A stretch of DNA of 64,000 bases from an uncultured Thermotogaceae bacterium (GCA_964603015.1 CAZRTN010000001.1:16864-80863); one strand, 5' to 3'; shown: positions 10,049 through 21,096, counted from the stretch's first letter. Numbers and translations are program-made. Notes: a model not told the origin generated them from the letters alone.

Positions 10049-10169
10049 CGTACCAGAGACGGTAGGTTCACGAGAGTGATTAAAAAATGCCTGCTTAGGT
10101 GCGTGGATAAAATAACAATAATAATTCTTTATTATTGTTTTTAACCGCGGCCTAGTGCCGTGTTTTTTT
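10049..10169 (+). promoter_or_regulatory. L10 leader with attenuator (terminator/antiterminator)
   Basis: AGACGGTAGG...TTAA...CCTGC core. Terminator CGCGGC-CTAGT-GCCGTG-T7, with alternative pairing TAGGT.CGTGG/CCGCG.GCCTA. Confidence 0.8.
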
Positions 10170-10189
10170 ATTTAAGGAGGTGTACTTTC

Positions 10190-10729
10190 TTGCTAACTAG
10201 AGCTCAAAAAAAAGAATTGGTAAAAGAGTTTGTTGAAGCTTTTAATAATTCTCCAATAATTGTTTTTACTGATTTCAAAGGTATGGAAGTTGAAGAATCT
10301 AATGAGTTAAGACAACAATTATTTAAGGAATATGGAGACAAAGCTGTATATAAAGTAATGAGAAATTCATTATTAAAAACAGCAGTCAAACAAGCTGATT
10401 TAAATGTAGATGATTACGAAAATCTTTTAGAAGGATCTACTGCTATTTTCTACATAAAAGAAGGAGATCCAATTGCAGGATTAAAAGTATTAACAGATTT
10501 TGCGAAAGACCATAACGAATTACCTGCAATAAAAGGTGGAGTATTAGAAGGTAAAATGTTTGATACAGAAAAAGCTAAAGAATTATCAAAATTACCTTCA
10601 AGAGAAGAACTTATTACAATGTTTGTTCGTGGCATAAACGCACCTATTTCAGGGTTAGTTAATGTATTGTCAGGTTCAATGAGAAACTTTGTAAATGTTT
10701 TAAATTCAATAAAAGATCAAAAATCATAA
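10190..10729 (+). CDS. rplJ: 50S ribosomal protein L10
   Basis: KVMRNSL, IKGGVLEG, LSKLPSREEL. TTG start at 10190 after AGGAGG. Confidence 0.95.
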   Translation: MLTRAQKKELVKEFVEAFNNSPIIVFTDFKGMEVEESNELRQQLFKEYGDKAVYKVMRNSLLKTAVKQADLNVDDYENLLEGSTAIFYIKEGDPIAGLKVLTDFAKDHNELPAIKGGVLEGKMFDTEKAKELSKLPSREELITMFVRGINAPISGLVNVLSGSMRNFVNVLNSIKDQKS

Positions 10730-10749
10730 AATTTCGGAGGTGTCTTTAA

Positions 10750-11130
10750 ATGACAAAAGATGAATTAATTCAAGCGATTAAAGAAATGACAGTAGCTGAT
10801 TTAGCAGAATTGGTAGAAGCATTAGAAGAAGAATTTGGTGTATCAGCATCAGCACCAGTAATGGCAGCTATGCCAGGAGCAGGCGCAGCAGCAGAAGCAG
10901 AAGAAGAAAAAACTGATTTCTCAGTTATGTTAAAAAGCTTCGGTGCTAAAAAAATTGGTGTTATTAAAGTAGTAAGAGAAATTACAGGGTTAGGCTTAAA
11001 AGAAGCAAAAGACTTAGTTGAAAAAGCAGGAACAGACGATGCAGTAATAAAAGAAGCAGCTCCAAAAGACGAAGCAGAAGAACTTAAAAAGAAATTAGAA
11101 GATGCTGGAGCAGAAGTAGAATTAAAATAA
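10750..11130 (+). CDS. rplL: 50S ribosomal protein L7/L12
   Basis: [32 protein letters not shown]. Confidence 0.97.
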   Translation: MTKDELIQAIKEMTVADLAELVEALEEEFGVSASAPVMAAMPGAGAAAEAEEEKTDFSVMLKSFGAKKIGVIKVVREITGLGLKEAKDLVEKAGTDDAVIKEAAPKDEAEELKKKLEDAGAEVELK

Positions 11131-11187
11131 TTAACTTAAAACATTGGTTTCGTTAATAAAAAATTTAGATAATCATGATAAAATTGT

Positions 11188-11227
11188 ATCCGCATTGGAC
11201 TTTTTAGTCTGATGCGGGTTTGTTTTG
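11188..11227 (+). terminator. Terminator/attenuator hairpin between rplL and rpoB
   Basis: ATCCGCATTGGACT-TTTT-AGTCTGATGCGGGT followed by TTGTTTT. Confidence 0.7.
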
Positions 11228-11290
11228 CAATAAAATAGACAAAAATCGTAACATTTCACATATATATTTCTTAAAGCCGAGGTGATTCCA

Positions 11291-14200
11291 TTGAACACCC
11301 GCACATTAAAAGTGGGAAAAAGAGAAAGAGATTTTTTTGGAAAGGTACACGAAGATTTTAGAATGTATGGTAATTTGATTAAGATTCAAAAATCTTCTTT
11401 TGATGAATTTTTAGATTCAAGATTAAAAGAAACTATCAAAAAATTTATGCCATTAACAATTCCAGTAAAAACCTCTTCAAAAAAGACAAAAGAAATTCTT
11501 TTAGATTTTACTGATGTAAAATATGAAGATCCAATTATGGGTGAAGAAGAATGTAAGGCTAAAAATCTATCTTATTCAGGTAGAACATTCCTAACTGTTC
11601 AATTAACGGATACTTCTACAGGAGAAACATTGGAAAAAGAAGATGTTTTTCTATGTAATGTACCTTATATGACTGATAGAGCTGTGTTTATAATAAACGG
11701 AGCTGAAAGAGTCGTAGTAAATCAATTAGTAAGATCTCCAGGGATCTATTTTGTTAAGGAAGAAGAAAAAGATTCAAACAAAGAAATGTTTATAGCTCAT
11801 TTTTTACCAGTTAAAGGGGCTTGGTTAGAAATAATATTCAATCCAAATCCTGGTAAAGAAGTTTTACAAATAAGAATAGACAGAAAAAGAAAATTCAATT
11901 TCTTTTTGTTCTTAAAAGCTCTTGGTTATGAAAATGACTTAGATATATTAGATTTATTCCCTACGAAAATTTCTTTGAATGACGAAGTTGATGTTGAAAA
12001 TTATGGAGATTGTACTGTGCTTTCAGACCATCATTTCAAAGAACTTGAAGAAATGGAACCAGCTAGAACCACTGTGAGGGGAATGAAATTATCTGAAGCA
12101 AAAGAATTATTAGAAAACTATGGAATAGAAGAAATATCCGTTTCTAATAAAGTAGCACAAATGACTTTAGATAAAATGAAAAAAAGATATGAAAAAGAAG
12201 GAGATTTAACTTCTTTAGAGGCATATAAAGAAATGTTCATAAAATTAAGACCTTCTGAAATACCAAGAGGTCAAAAAGCAAAAGAAGAACTGGATGAAAT
12301 GTATTTCAATCCAGAAAAATTTGGTTTTTCAGATATTGGAAGACAAAAAGTTGTGACGAGTTTAAAAGAAGAATACCATAAATATGTAAAAGAAGTAGAA
12401 AAAAGAGACTTGTCAGAAGATGAACTAAATAATTTAAAATATCCTGTTGAATCGATGGCTATAGAAGCCATGGATATTGTTTTATCTGCAAGACATCTTC
12501 TAACTTTGGAAGACAATCCTGATGCTCTTGATACTAGAGACCATCTTGGAAATAAAAGAGTTAGATCAGTTGGAGAATTAATGCAGTTAGAGTTTGAAAA
12601 AGCATTTTCAAAAATGATCCAACATATTCCAGAAAAAGTTGCAATGTCTCAAACATTAAATAAAATAAATCCTCAATCTCTTATAAACTCAAGAGCTATA
12701 ATGACTGCTTTTCATCAATTTTTTGCAACTTCACAATTGAGTCAGTTTATGGATCAAATAAATCCTTTATCAGAATTGACTCATAAAAGAAGATTATCAG
12801 CTATTGGACCGGGTGGACTAAAAAGAGAGCATGCGAAGTTTGAAGTGCGTGATGTTCATCATTCTCATTATGGTAGAATGTGTCCAATAGAGACACCAGA
12901 AGGAGCTAATATAGGACTTATAACTTCTTTAGCTATACTTTCAAAAACAGATGAATATGGTTTTTTGAAATCTCCATATTTTAAAGTAAAGAAAGGTAAA
13001 GTAATAGATGACAAAATTATTTATTTGTCAGCTGATGAAGAAGAAAGTTATAAAATTGCACCTGCTTCGGTAGATAAAGATAAAAATAAAAATTTAGATT
13101 CAGAATTTGTGGAATGTAGATATCAAGGGAAAGTATCCTTTTATCACAGAGATGAAGTAGAGTATATAGCTGTTACTCCAAAACAGATTGCATCTGTATC
13201 AGCTTCACTTGTTCCTTTTTTAGAACATGATGATGCGAATAGAGCTCTTATGGGCTCTAACATGCAGAGACAAGCTGTACCTGTTTTATATCCAGATGCT
13301 CCATATGTTGGTACAGGTGTTGAATGGCTTGCTGCAAGAGATTCTGGTTATTTAATACTGTCAAAACATAAAGGTATAGTTGAAAGAGTTGATGGAAGAC
13401 ATATAATAATTGCAAGAACAGATGAAAAAGATGAATTTATATTAGATAAAAATGGTGAAAAAGTCACCGATGAATATAGAGTTGTGAAATATACAAGATC
13501 AAATCAAGACAGTTGTATTAATCAAAGACCAATTGTTAAACCTGGAGAAAAAGTAGAAGAAGGATCAGTTTTAGCTGATGGACCTTCAACTGATATGGGT
13601 GAATTGGCGTTAGGTCAAAATATATTAGTTGCTTTTGTTCCTTGGGAAGGATACAATTTTGAAGATGCTATTGTTGTATCTGAAGAATTATTGGAACAAG
13701 ATAAATTCACTTCTATTCATATTGAAGTTTATGAAACTAAATCTATGGATACACAATTAGGCCCAGAAGAAATAACATCAGATATACCAAACGTAAAAAA
13801 AGAATTATTAAGAAATTTAGATGAAGATGGAATAGTAAGAGAAGGTTCTTATGTTTCTTCGGGAGATATTCTAGTTGGTAAAGTTACCCCAAGAGGAGAA
13901 TCAGAAACATCACCAGAAGAAAAGTTAATAAAATCAGTTTTTGGTGATAGGGGTAGAGATGTAAAAGATTCTTCTTTAACATTACCCCATGGAATTGAGG
14001 GTAGAGTTTTAGATGTACAAGTTTTTGACAGAAGAGATATACCTAATTTAGATATTGGTGTAAATAAATATGTGAAAGTTTCTATTGCAGCTAAAAAATC
14101 TCTTCTTGCTGGAGATAAACTTGCTGGAAGACATGGTAATAAGGGTGTTGTATCTAATATTTTACATAAAGAAGATATGCCATTCTTACCAGATGGTACA

Positions 14201-14854
14201 CCTGTACAAATGATGCTTTCTCCATTAGGGGTTCCATCACGTATGAATATTGGGCAGGTATTAGAATTACATCTTGGTTGGTTATCTAAATTGACTGGTG
14301 ATGTTTATGCTACTCCAATATTTGATGGAGCTTCAGAAGAAGAAATAATGAATGAATTACATAGAAAAAGAAAAGAAATGGGTATTGACCTTGGTGAAAC
14401 AGATGATAAAATAACAGGTAAAGTAATATTAAGAGACGGTAGAAATGGAGAACCTCTTGATTCACCTGTTGATATTGGTTATATGTATATGTTGAGGCTT
14501 TCTCATATAGCTAAAGATAAATTACATGCCAGAGCTACTGGACCTTACTCATTAATTCATCAACAACCTCTAGGTGGTAAAGCTCATTTTGGAGGTCAAA
14601 GATTTGGTGAAATGGAAGTTTGGGCTTTAGAAGCATATGGGGCAGCTCATACATTAACGGAGATGTTAACATATAAATCTGATGACATTAGAGGTAGAAA
14701 TGAAGTTTATAAAGCAATACTAAAGGGAGAAAATCTTCCTGAACCAGGAATACCAGAGAGTTTTAAAGTTCTTGTAAAAGAACTTCAGGGATTAATGTTA
14801 GATGTAAAATTATTTGACGAAGATGGTAATGAGCTAGACGTCGATAAGCTTTAA
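11291..14854 (+). CDS. rpoB: RNA polymerase beta subunit
   Basis: INGAERV, SQFMDQ, GDKLAGRHGNKG, GGQRFGEME. TTG 11291 fits SD GAGGTG. Confidence 0.98.
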   Translation: MNTRTLKVGKRERDFFGKVHEDFRMYGNLIKIQKSSFDEFLDSRLKETIKKFMPLTIPVKTSSKKTKEILLDFTDVKYEDPIMGEEECKAKNLSYSGRTFLTVQLTDTSTGETLEKEDVFLCNVPYMTDRAVFIINGAERVVVNQLVRSPGIYFVKEEEKDSNKEMFIAHFLPVKGAWLEIIFNPNPGKEVLQIRIDRKRKFNFFLFLKALGYENDLDILDLFPTKISLNDEVDVENYGDCTVLSDHHFKELEEMEPARTTVRGMKLSEAKELLENYGIEEISVSNKVAQMTLDKMKKRYEKEGDLTSLEAYKEMFIKLRPSEIPRGQKAKEELDEMYFNPEKFGFSDIGRQKVVTSLKEEYHKYVKEVEKRDLSEDELNNLKYPVESMAIEAMDIVLSARHLLTLEDNPDALDTRDHLGNKRVRSVGELMQLEFEKAFSKMIQHIPEKVAMSQTLNKINPQSLINSRAIMTAFHQFFATSQLSQFMDQINPLSELTHKRRLSAIGPGGLKREHAKFEVRDVHHSHYGRMCPIETPEGANIGLITSLAILSKTDEYGFLKSPYFKVKKGKVIDDKIIYLSADEEESYKIAPASVDKDKNKNLDSEFVECRYQGKVSFYHRDEVEYIAVTPKQIASVSASLVPFLEHDDANRALMGSNMQRQAVPVLYPDAPYVGTGVEWLAARDSGYLILSKHKGIVERVDGRHIIIARTDEKDEFILDKNGEKVTDEYRVVKYTRSNQDSCINQRPIVKPGEKVEEGSVLADGPSTDMGELALGQNILVAFVPWEGYNFEDAIVVSEELLEQDKFTSIHIEVYETKSMDTQLGPEEITSDIPNVKKELLRNLDEDGIVREGSYVSSGDILVGKVTPRGESETSPEEKLIKSVFGDRGRDVKDSSLTLPHGIEGRVLDVQVFDRRDIPNLDIGVNKYVKVSIAAKKSLLAGDKLAGRHGNKGVVSNILHKEDMPFLPDGTPVQMMLSPLGVPSRMNIGQVLELHLGWLSKLTGDVYATPIFDGASEEEIMNELHRKRKEMGIDLGETDDKITGKVILRDGRNGEPLDSPVDIGYMYMLRLSHIAKDKLHARATGPYSLIHQQPLGGKAHFGGQRFGEMEVWALEAYGAAHTLTEMLTYKSDDIRGRNEVYKAILKGENLPEPGIPESFKVLVKELQGLMLDVKLFDEDGNELDVDKL

Positions 14855-14951
14855 AAAATTCAATAAGTTGCCATGGATTATCCTATGGCAACTATTTATA
14901 TAAATAATTAAAATATAATATATAAATAAATACCCTCAAGGAGGGAAGAGA

Positions 14952-17900
14952 ATGGCTAAAGTTTCTTCATTTCAGAGAAAGATTTCAAAAGTAAGAGTTG
15001 GATTAGCTTCTCATAAGACAATAAAGAGTTGGTCAAATGGTGAAGTAAAAAAACCAGAAACTTTAAATCACAGAACAAGCAAACCAGAAAAAGATGGATT
15101 ATTTTGTGAAAAGATATTTGGTCCAATGAAAGATTATGAATGTTCTTGTGGAAAATATAAAGGTAAAAAATACGAAGGTACAGTTTGTGAAAGATGTGGA
15201 GTAAAAGTTGAATCAAAAGATTCAAGAAGAAGAAAAATGGGTCATATTGAATTGGCAACTCCGGTTTCACATATATGGTATTTAAAATCATCACCTTCAG
15301 TATTATCAATAATATTAGGTAATACAGTTAAAGATTTAGAAAATATAATTTACTATGGTTCAAAAAGAATTATAGAAAGAGCATATTTAACACTAGCAAA
15401 TGAAAATCAAGAAAAAGATCTGGATTATTATCCAGGAGAAATCTTATACCAAAGAGAATATGAAATATACTCTCAATACATAGATATAGCAGTAGCTCCT
15501 GCAATAAAGATTGCAAGAGTTAAAGGTATGCCAACTTCAAAAATTGCAGGTACAGTAGAAATCAAAACAGAAATGACTCACACAGACAGAGAACTTACTT
15601 GGGTGACTATCAAAGATGAAGATGGAACAGAAATGAAATACCCTATATTTGAAGGTGCATCTTTAATGGTAGAAGATGGACAAGAAATAGAAGAGGGAAC
15701 ACCACTTGCAGATAGATCACTATTTGAAGAAGATTATTTAACACATGATGAATTTACTATATTCTCTGAATACTATCCAGGAGATATTGAAATAGAGAGA
15801 GACATAGAAAGAGATACTCCTATAGTAGTTATAACAGATATTGACAGAAGATTCTCAAAAAGAATGGGTAAAAAAGTAGGAGATATTCTATTAGAAGATG
15901 AAGCAAGAGCATACGATGAAATAATGAGAATCTTAAACACAAAAATAAAACTACAAAGAGAAGAAATAGTGGGAAAAACAATAATAGATGATATAAGAAT
16001 AAAAGATAAAATAGTTGAAAAAGGAACAGAAATCACTCAAGACCTTTTAGAAGAGTTTCTAGATTTTGGAATAAAAGATATTTATGCAAAAGATGAAAAC
16101 AATGTAGAATCAATTTATCAGATAAATAGATATGAAACATTTAAAGCATATTATGGAGCAGAAGCAATACAAGACTTGTTGAGAAAAATAGATCTTGAAG
16201 TATTAAAAGCAAAACTCGAAGCAGAAATAGAGAAACTAGACAAAAGAAGTCAAAAAGCATTAAAACTTTTAAAAAGACTCAAATTAATAAAAGATTTTAT
16301 ACGTTCAGGGAATAATCCCGAACATATGATAATTGGATTGTTACCAGTAGTTCCACCTGATCTAAGACCTTTAATTCAAATAGACGGTGGAAGATTTGCT
16401 GCTACTGATTTAAATGATCTATACAGAAAAGTTATAAACAGAAACAACAGACTTAAAAAGCTTATGGATATGGAAGCTCCAGAAATAATTGTAAGAAATG
16501 AAAAAAGAATACTACAACAAGCTGTGGATAGTTTGATCTATAACGGTAGAGTTGGAAAAGCAATGACAGACAGATCAAAAAGACCACTTAGATCTTTAAC
16601 AGATGCATTAAAAGGTAAAAAGGGAAGATTCAGAAGAAATCTTCTTGGAAAACGTGTTGACTATTCAGGAAGAGCTGTTATAGCAGTTGGTCCGAATTTA
16701 AAAATACATGAATGTGGAATACCTAAGAAAATGGCTCTCGAATTATTCAAACCATTTGTACTTGCAGAACTTTTGAAAGATTCAAACGTAGCCAGTAAAA
16801 ACGCCAGAAAATTGAAAAAAACAATAATCGAAAAAGAAATGCCACAAGCATGGGAAATTCTTGAAGAAGTAATAAAAGGACATCCTGTAATGCTAAATAG
16901 GGCACCTACACTTCATAGAATATCCATACAGGCATTTATACCAAGATTAATAGAAGGAAATGCAATAAGATTACATCCATTGGTATGTCCACCATTTAAC
17001 GCTGACTTTGATGGAGACCAAATGGCTGTACATGTACCTTTATCTACAGTATCTCAAGCAGAAGCTAAATTCTTGATGCTTTCTAGATACAACATCATAT
17101 CACCTGCAAACGGGAAACCTATCTCTATGCCAGGTAAAGATATGATTGCTGGATCATTCTATCTAACTATGCATGAAGATAAAGTATTTGACAAAGCCAA
17201 ATTACCAAAGAAACTTGAAAATATAGGTAAAAAAGGATATGTAAAAAGATTATACTCATCACCAAGAGAAGCTATGTATGATCATGAATATTCAAAAGTA
17301 GTAGATTCGGGTGTATTCTCTAAAAACGGAAAACTTGAATGGAGAAAACCTAGAGTTACACTACACGAGGTAATAGGGTTCAAGTCAGATGAAGGAAAGA
17401 CAATAAAAACAACAACAGGTAAAATAATATTCAATTCATTTGTACCAGAAGAATTAAAAGATTACACAACAAAGATGGACAAAAAAGGATTAAAATCATT
17501 ATTATTTAAAACATTCAAAAAATATGGAATAGATAGAACAGCGGAATTATTAGATGCCATAAAATCATATGGATTTCATTATTCTACAATATCTGGATTA
17601 ACAATATCCATAAGAGACGTTCTTGTGTCTCCTAAAAGACAAAAAATCATAGATAGTTCACAAGAAGAAGTGTTCAAAATAGAAGAACTATTCGAAGAAG
17701 GATATTTGACAGATAATGAAAGATATAAGGAAGTAGTAAAAGTATGGGAACAAACAACTTCTAAAGTTACAGAAGTTACAGCAGAAGAATACAGAAAACA
17801 TACTTTTAATCCAATATGGATGATGGTTGACTCTGGTGCTAGAGGTAACATTGACCAGTTAAAACAACTTGCTGGTATGAGAGGTCTTATGGCCGATCCA

Positions 17901-19886
17901 TCTGGTAAAATCATCGAAGTACCTATAAAATCTAACTTTAAAAATGGTTTATCTGAACTTGAGTTCTTCACATCCACACATGGTTCAAGAAAAGGATCTG
18001 CTGATACAGCTCTTAGAACAGCTACAGCTGGATATTTAACTAGAAGACTTGTAGATGTAGCGCAATCTATGACAATAAATGAAACAGATTGTGGAACACA
18101 CAGAGGAATAATCGCTGAAGAACTGTGGGCTGATGATTCCAAAATAGAAAAACTATCTGATTTCTTGTTTGGTAGAGTACTCTCAGCTAATGCATTAGAT
18201 CCTGAAACAGATGAAATAATAAAAAATCCAGAAAATGGTAAATCATATGTAAGAGATACGTTGTTAGATGAAGATGATTCTATCTATATTGCAAATTACA
18301 AAAAGAATATAAAAATATCTGAAGAAAAAGAATTAAATCTCAAAAAATTAATTGAGAATCTATATTACGAATCACGTGAAGAAAAAGAAGTTGATGGAGA
18401 AGTAATTATCGAAAAAGGTGAACAATTAACCAAAGAAACTGCAAGTGAATTGATGATGCACGGAATAAAATCATTAAAGGTAAAAGAATATAAAGCAGTA
18501 GATTTTGTTCATGTTGGAGAAGAAATAAAAGTAAAAGACGAAAATGATAACGAAATAGTTATACTCAAATACCAAGAAAAAATAGATATTAAAACAGCAA
18601 AAATACTAGAAAAATACAAAGTAAAAAATGTTGAAGTAAGACCTCTTGTTTATATAAGATCACCATTAACTTGTGAATCAGATACTGGTATCTGTGCAAA
18701 ATGTTATGGAATGGATTTGAGTAATCATGAAATAGTAAGTATAGGTGAGTCAGTTGGAGTTATAGCTGCACAATCAATAGGTGAACCTGGAACACAGCTT
18801 ACAATGAGAACATTCCATACAGGTGGAATAGCAACTGCATCAGATATAACACAAGGTCTTCCAAGAGCAGAAGAATTATTTGAAGCAAGAAAGAAATTAA
18901 AAGGTCCAGAAGGAATGTTTGCAAACATTAAAGGTATAGTAAAAGACATTTCAAGGGAAGATACAGATAAGAGAAGTAAAAAATTAAGATTCATTGTTGA
19001 AGGAATAAATGGAGAGCTCGAAACTTATGAAGCTGATTACAGAACAAAACCTGTAGTAGCTATAGGAGATAGAGTTTTACCAGGAGAAAGATTAACTTCT
19101 GGAAATATAAAACCAAGAAGAGTACTAGGAGAACTTGGAGTAGAAGCTGTATCAACATACTTGTTGAAAGAAATTAAAAAGATTTATGCAGAACAAGGTG
19201 TTGACATCCACGATAAACATTTTGAAATTATTATTAGACAAATGTTGAATAAAGTAGAAATAACAGATGGTGGAGATACAAATTTAATGCCAGGAGACTT
19301 GGTACCTTATCATAAAGCAAGAAGAACAAATGAATCAGTATTAGAAGAAAATTCATTTATTAGTGAAAATAGAAAAGCTATAGTTGGTAAGAAATTATCT
19401 AGAAGAGTAATTATTCCAACGGAAAACGAAGATGAAGACGATATAATATATTCAGTTGGAGAAGATATAACTAAAGATATGTTAGAACAAATAATTGATG
19501 CAAAAATTAAAGAAGTAGAAGTTTACGAAGATTATGAAGAAATAATAAATGAAGACGAAGAAATAGAAATAGTAGGAACTAAAATAGTTTATTTAGTGAA
19601 CCCTAAAAATACAGTGAAATACGAAAGAAAACTATTGAGAATAACTAAAGCATCACTTGAAAGAGAAGGATGGTTGTCAGCAGCTTCATTCCAACAAACA
19701 GTTCAAATATTAACAGAAGCTGCTATAGAAGGAAAAGACGATTATCTAAAAGGTCTAAAAGAAAATGTAATCGTTGGACAACCAATACCTGCTGGTACTG
19801 GATTGAAAGTTTATTCTGATTTAGGATATGAAAATGTACCAGAAAAAGATATACAAGAAGTAGAACAACAAAAAGATGTAGGTTAA
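14952..19886 (+). CDS. rpoC: RNA polymerase beta' subunit with large insertions
   Basis: Zinc finger CSCG...CERC, NADFDGD catalytic motif, GEPGTQLTMRTFH. Confidence 0.98.
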   Translation: MAKVSSFQRKISKVRVGLASHKTIKSWSNGEVKKPETLNHRTSKPEKDGLFCEKIFGPMKDYECSCGKYKGKKYEGTVCERCGVKVESKDSRRRKMGHIELATPVSHIWYLKSSPSVLSIILGNTVKDLENIIYYGSKRIIERAYLTLANENQEKDLDYYPGEILYQREYEIYSQYIDIAVAPAIKIARVKGMPTSKIAGTVEIKTEMTHTDRELTWVTIKDEDGTEMKYPIFEGASLMVEDGQEIEEGTPLADRSLFEEDYLTHDEFTIFSEYYPGDIEIERDIERDTPIVVITDIDRRFSKRMGKKVGDILLEDEARAYDEIMRILNTKIKLQREEIVGKTIIDDIRIKDKIVEKGTEITQDLLEEFLDFGIKDIYAKDENNVESIYQINRYETFKAYYGAEAIQDLLRKIDLEVLKAKLEAEIEKLDKRSQKALKLLKRLKLIKDFIRSGNNPEHMIIGLLPVVPPDLRPLIQIDGGRFAATDLNDLYRKVINRNNRLKKLMDMEAPEIIVRNEKRILQQAVDSLIYNGRVGKAMTDRSKRPLRSLTDALKGKKGRFRRNLLGKRVDYSGRAVIAVGPNLKIHECGIPKKMALELFKPFVLAELLKDSNVASKNARKLKKTIIEKEMPQAWEILEEVIKGHPVMLNRAPTLHRISIQAFIPRLIEGNAIRLHPLVCPPFNADFDGDQMAVHVPLSTVSQAEAKFLMLSRYNIISPANGKPISMPGKDMIAGSFYLTMHEDKVFDKAKLPKKLENIGKKGYVKRLYSSPREAMYDHEYSKVVDSGVFSKNGKLEWRKPRVTLHEVIGFKSDEGKTIKTTTGKIIFNSFVPEELKDYTTKMDKKGLKSLLFKTFKKYGIDRTAELLDAIKSYGFHYSTISGLTISIRDVLVSPKRQKIIDSSQEEVFKIEELFEEGYLTDNERYKEVVKVWEQTTSKVTEVTAEEYRKHTFNPIWMMVDSGARGNIDQLKQLAGMRGLMADPSGKIIEVPIKSNFKNGLSELEFFTSTHGSRKGSADTALRTATAGYLTRRLVDVAQSMTINETDCGTHRGIIAEELWADDSKIEKLSDFLFGRVLSANALDPETDEIIKNPENGKSYVRDTLLDEDDSIYIANYKKNIKISEEKELNLKKLIENLYYESREEKEVDGEVIIEKGEQLTKETASELMMHGIKSLKVKEYKAVDFVHVGEEIKVKDENDNEIVILKYQEKIDIKTAKILEKYKVKNVEVRPLVYIRSPLTCESDTGICAKCYGMDLSNHEIVSIGESVGVIAAQSIGEPGTQLTMRTFHTGGIATASDITQGLPRAEELFEARKKLKGPEGMFANIKGIVKDISREDTDKRSKKLRFIVEGINGELETYEADYRTKPVVAIGDRVLPGERLTSGNIKPRRVLGELGVEAVSTYLLKEIKKIYAEQGVDIHDKHFEIIIRQMLNKVEITDGGDTNLMPGDLVPYHKARRTNESVLEENSFISENRKAIVGKKLSRRVIIPTENEDEDDIIYSVGEDITKDMLEQIIDAKIKEVEVYEDYEEIINEDEEIEIVGTKIVYLVNPKNTVKYERKLLRITKASLEREGWLSAASFQQTVQILTEAAIEGKDDYLKGLKENVIVGQPIPAGTGLKVYSDLGYENVPEKDIQEVEQQKDVG

Positions 19887-19893
19887 TATAAAC

Positions 19894-19931
19894 AAAAAAG
19901 GACAGCTAATTTTAATTAGCTGTCTTTTTTT
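19894..19931 (+). terminator. Intrinsic terminator after rpoC
   Basis: AAAAAAGGACAGCTAAT-TTTA-ATTAGCTGTCTTTTTTT. Confidence 0.9.
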
Positions 19932-19981
19932 ATTATGATATAATATTCTTAGCATCAAAAAACAGGGAGGTTATTTACTTT

Positions 19982-21037
19982 ATGAATGAATCTATAAAAA
20001 CAAAAACTATGGAGTGGAATGGAAAAGAGCTGATTTTAATTGACCAAAGATATTTACCATTAGAAGAAACTTATGTAATTTGTAAAAATCATGTAGAAGT
20101 TGCTGATTCAATTAGAGATATGGTTGTGAGAGGTGCACCAGCAATAGGCGCAACTGCTGGATTTGGTATGGCTATAGCATCATCTGAATTTGAAAATCTA
20201 AGTAAAATAAATTATAAAGAAAAAATGATAGAAGCAAAAAAATTACTTGCATCAACTAGACCAACAGCTGTTAATTTATTTTGGGCTTTAAAAAGAATGG
20301 AAGAAAAAATTGAAAACAATATAGAAAAAAATGATTTAAATCATTTGACAGAAATTTTAAAAAATGAAGCATTAGAAATCGCTTATGATGATATTGAAAT
20401 CAATAAACAAATGGGTAAGAATGGAGCTCAACTATTGAAAAATGGAGATACAGTTCTAACCCACTGTAATGCTGGAGCACTCGCTACAGTAGATTATGGT
20501 ACAGCACTAGGGGTTATTAGAGCTGCTATCGAATCAGGAAAAGATATTTCAGTTTTTGCTGATGAAACCAGACCTTATTTACAAGGAGCTAGATTAACTG
20601 TTTGGGAATTAGTTCAAGATAACATTGAAACTACTTTAATTTCGGATAATATGGCTGGATGGGTTATGAAAAAAGGAAAAATTGATGCTGTAATAGTTGG
20701 CGCAGATAGGATAGCTGAAAATGGTGATGTAGCTAATAAAATTGGGACTTATTCTGTCGCTTTGTTAGCAAAAGAACATGGAATTCCTTTTTATGTAGCT
20801 GCACCTTTATCTACAATAGATTTAGAAACACCGACGGGCGAAGAAATACCTATAGAAGAAAGAAATAGAAATGAAGTAAGATATTGTCATAAATCACAAT
20901 TAGTAGATGATTCTATAAATGTTTTTAACCCTGCTTTTGATGTAACCCCTAACAGTCTAGTAAGCGCTATAATCACTGAGAAAGGTGTTGTCAAAGGTAA
21001 TTATAGAGAAGAGTTAAAAAAATTATTTAATAAATAA
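19982..21037 (+). CDS. mtnA: S-methyl-5-thioribose-1-phosphate isomerase
   Basis: VRGAPAIG, RPTAVNL, LTHCNAG, ETRPYLQGARLT, GADRI, NKIGT, NPAFDVTP. Confidence 0.93.
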   Translation: MNESIKTKTMEWNGKELILIDQRYLPLEETYVICKNHVEVADSIRDMVVRGAPAIGATAGFGMAIASSEFENLSKINYKEKMIEAKKLLASTRPTAVNLFWALKRMEEKIENNIEKNDLNHLTEILKNEALEIAYDDIEINKQMGKNGAQLLKNGDTVLTHCNAGALATVDYGTALGVIRAAIESGKDISVFADETRPYLQGARLTVWELVQDNIETTLISDNMAGWVMKKGKIDAVIVGADRIAENGDVANKIGTYSVALLAKEHGIPFYVAAPLSTIDLETPTGEEIPIEERNRNEVRYCHKSQLVDDSINVFNPAFDVTPNSLVSAIITEKGVVKGNYREELKKLFNK

Positions 21038-21051
21038 AAAAATGTTATAAT

Positions 21052-21096
21052 AACTCCAAGGCAAATTTTGTAATAAAAAGATGCTTTGGAGTTTTT
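21052..21096 (+). terminator. Terminator-like hairpin after mtnA
   Basis: AACTCCAAGGCA...TGCTTTGGAGTT followed by TTT. Confidence 0.65.

Noticed and set aside
15400..17800. Apparent T-poor, A-ending codon shift in part of rpoC
   Set aside because: This is a visual impression only, confounded by Glu/Lys/Ile-rich sequence. It needs a sliding-window codon analysis.
15350..19620. Large insertions and repeated G(T/E).(I/L)T....L...GIK modules in RpoC
   Set aside because: They are consistent with known lineage-specific SBHM/BBM insertions. No intein termini or homing-endonuclease motifs are visible.
11176..21051. TGnTAnAAT motifs directly before the hairpins at 11188 and 21052, suggesting small RNAs
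   Set aside because: No convincing -35 element, such motifs are frequent in AT-rich DNA, and a terminator role explains both hairpins.
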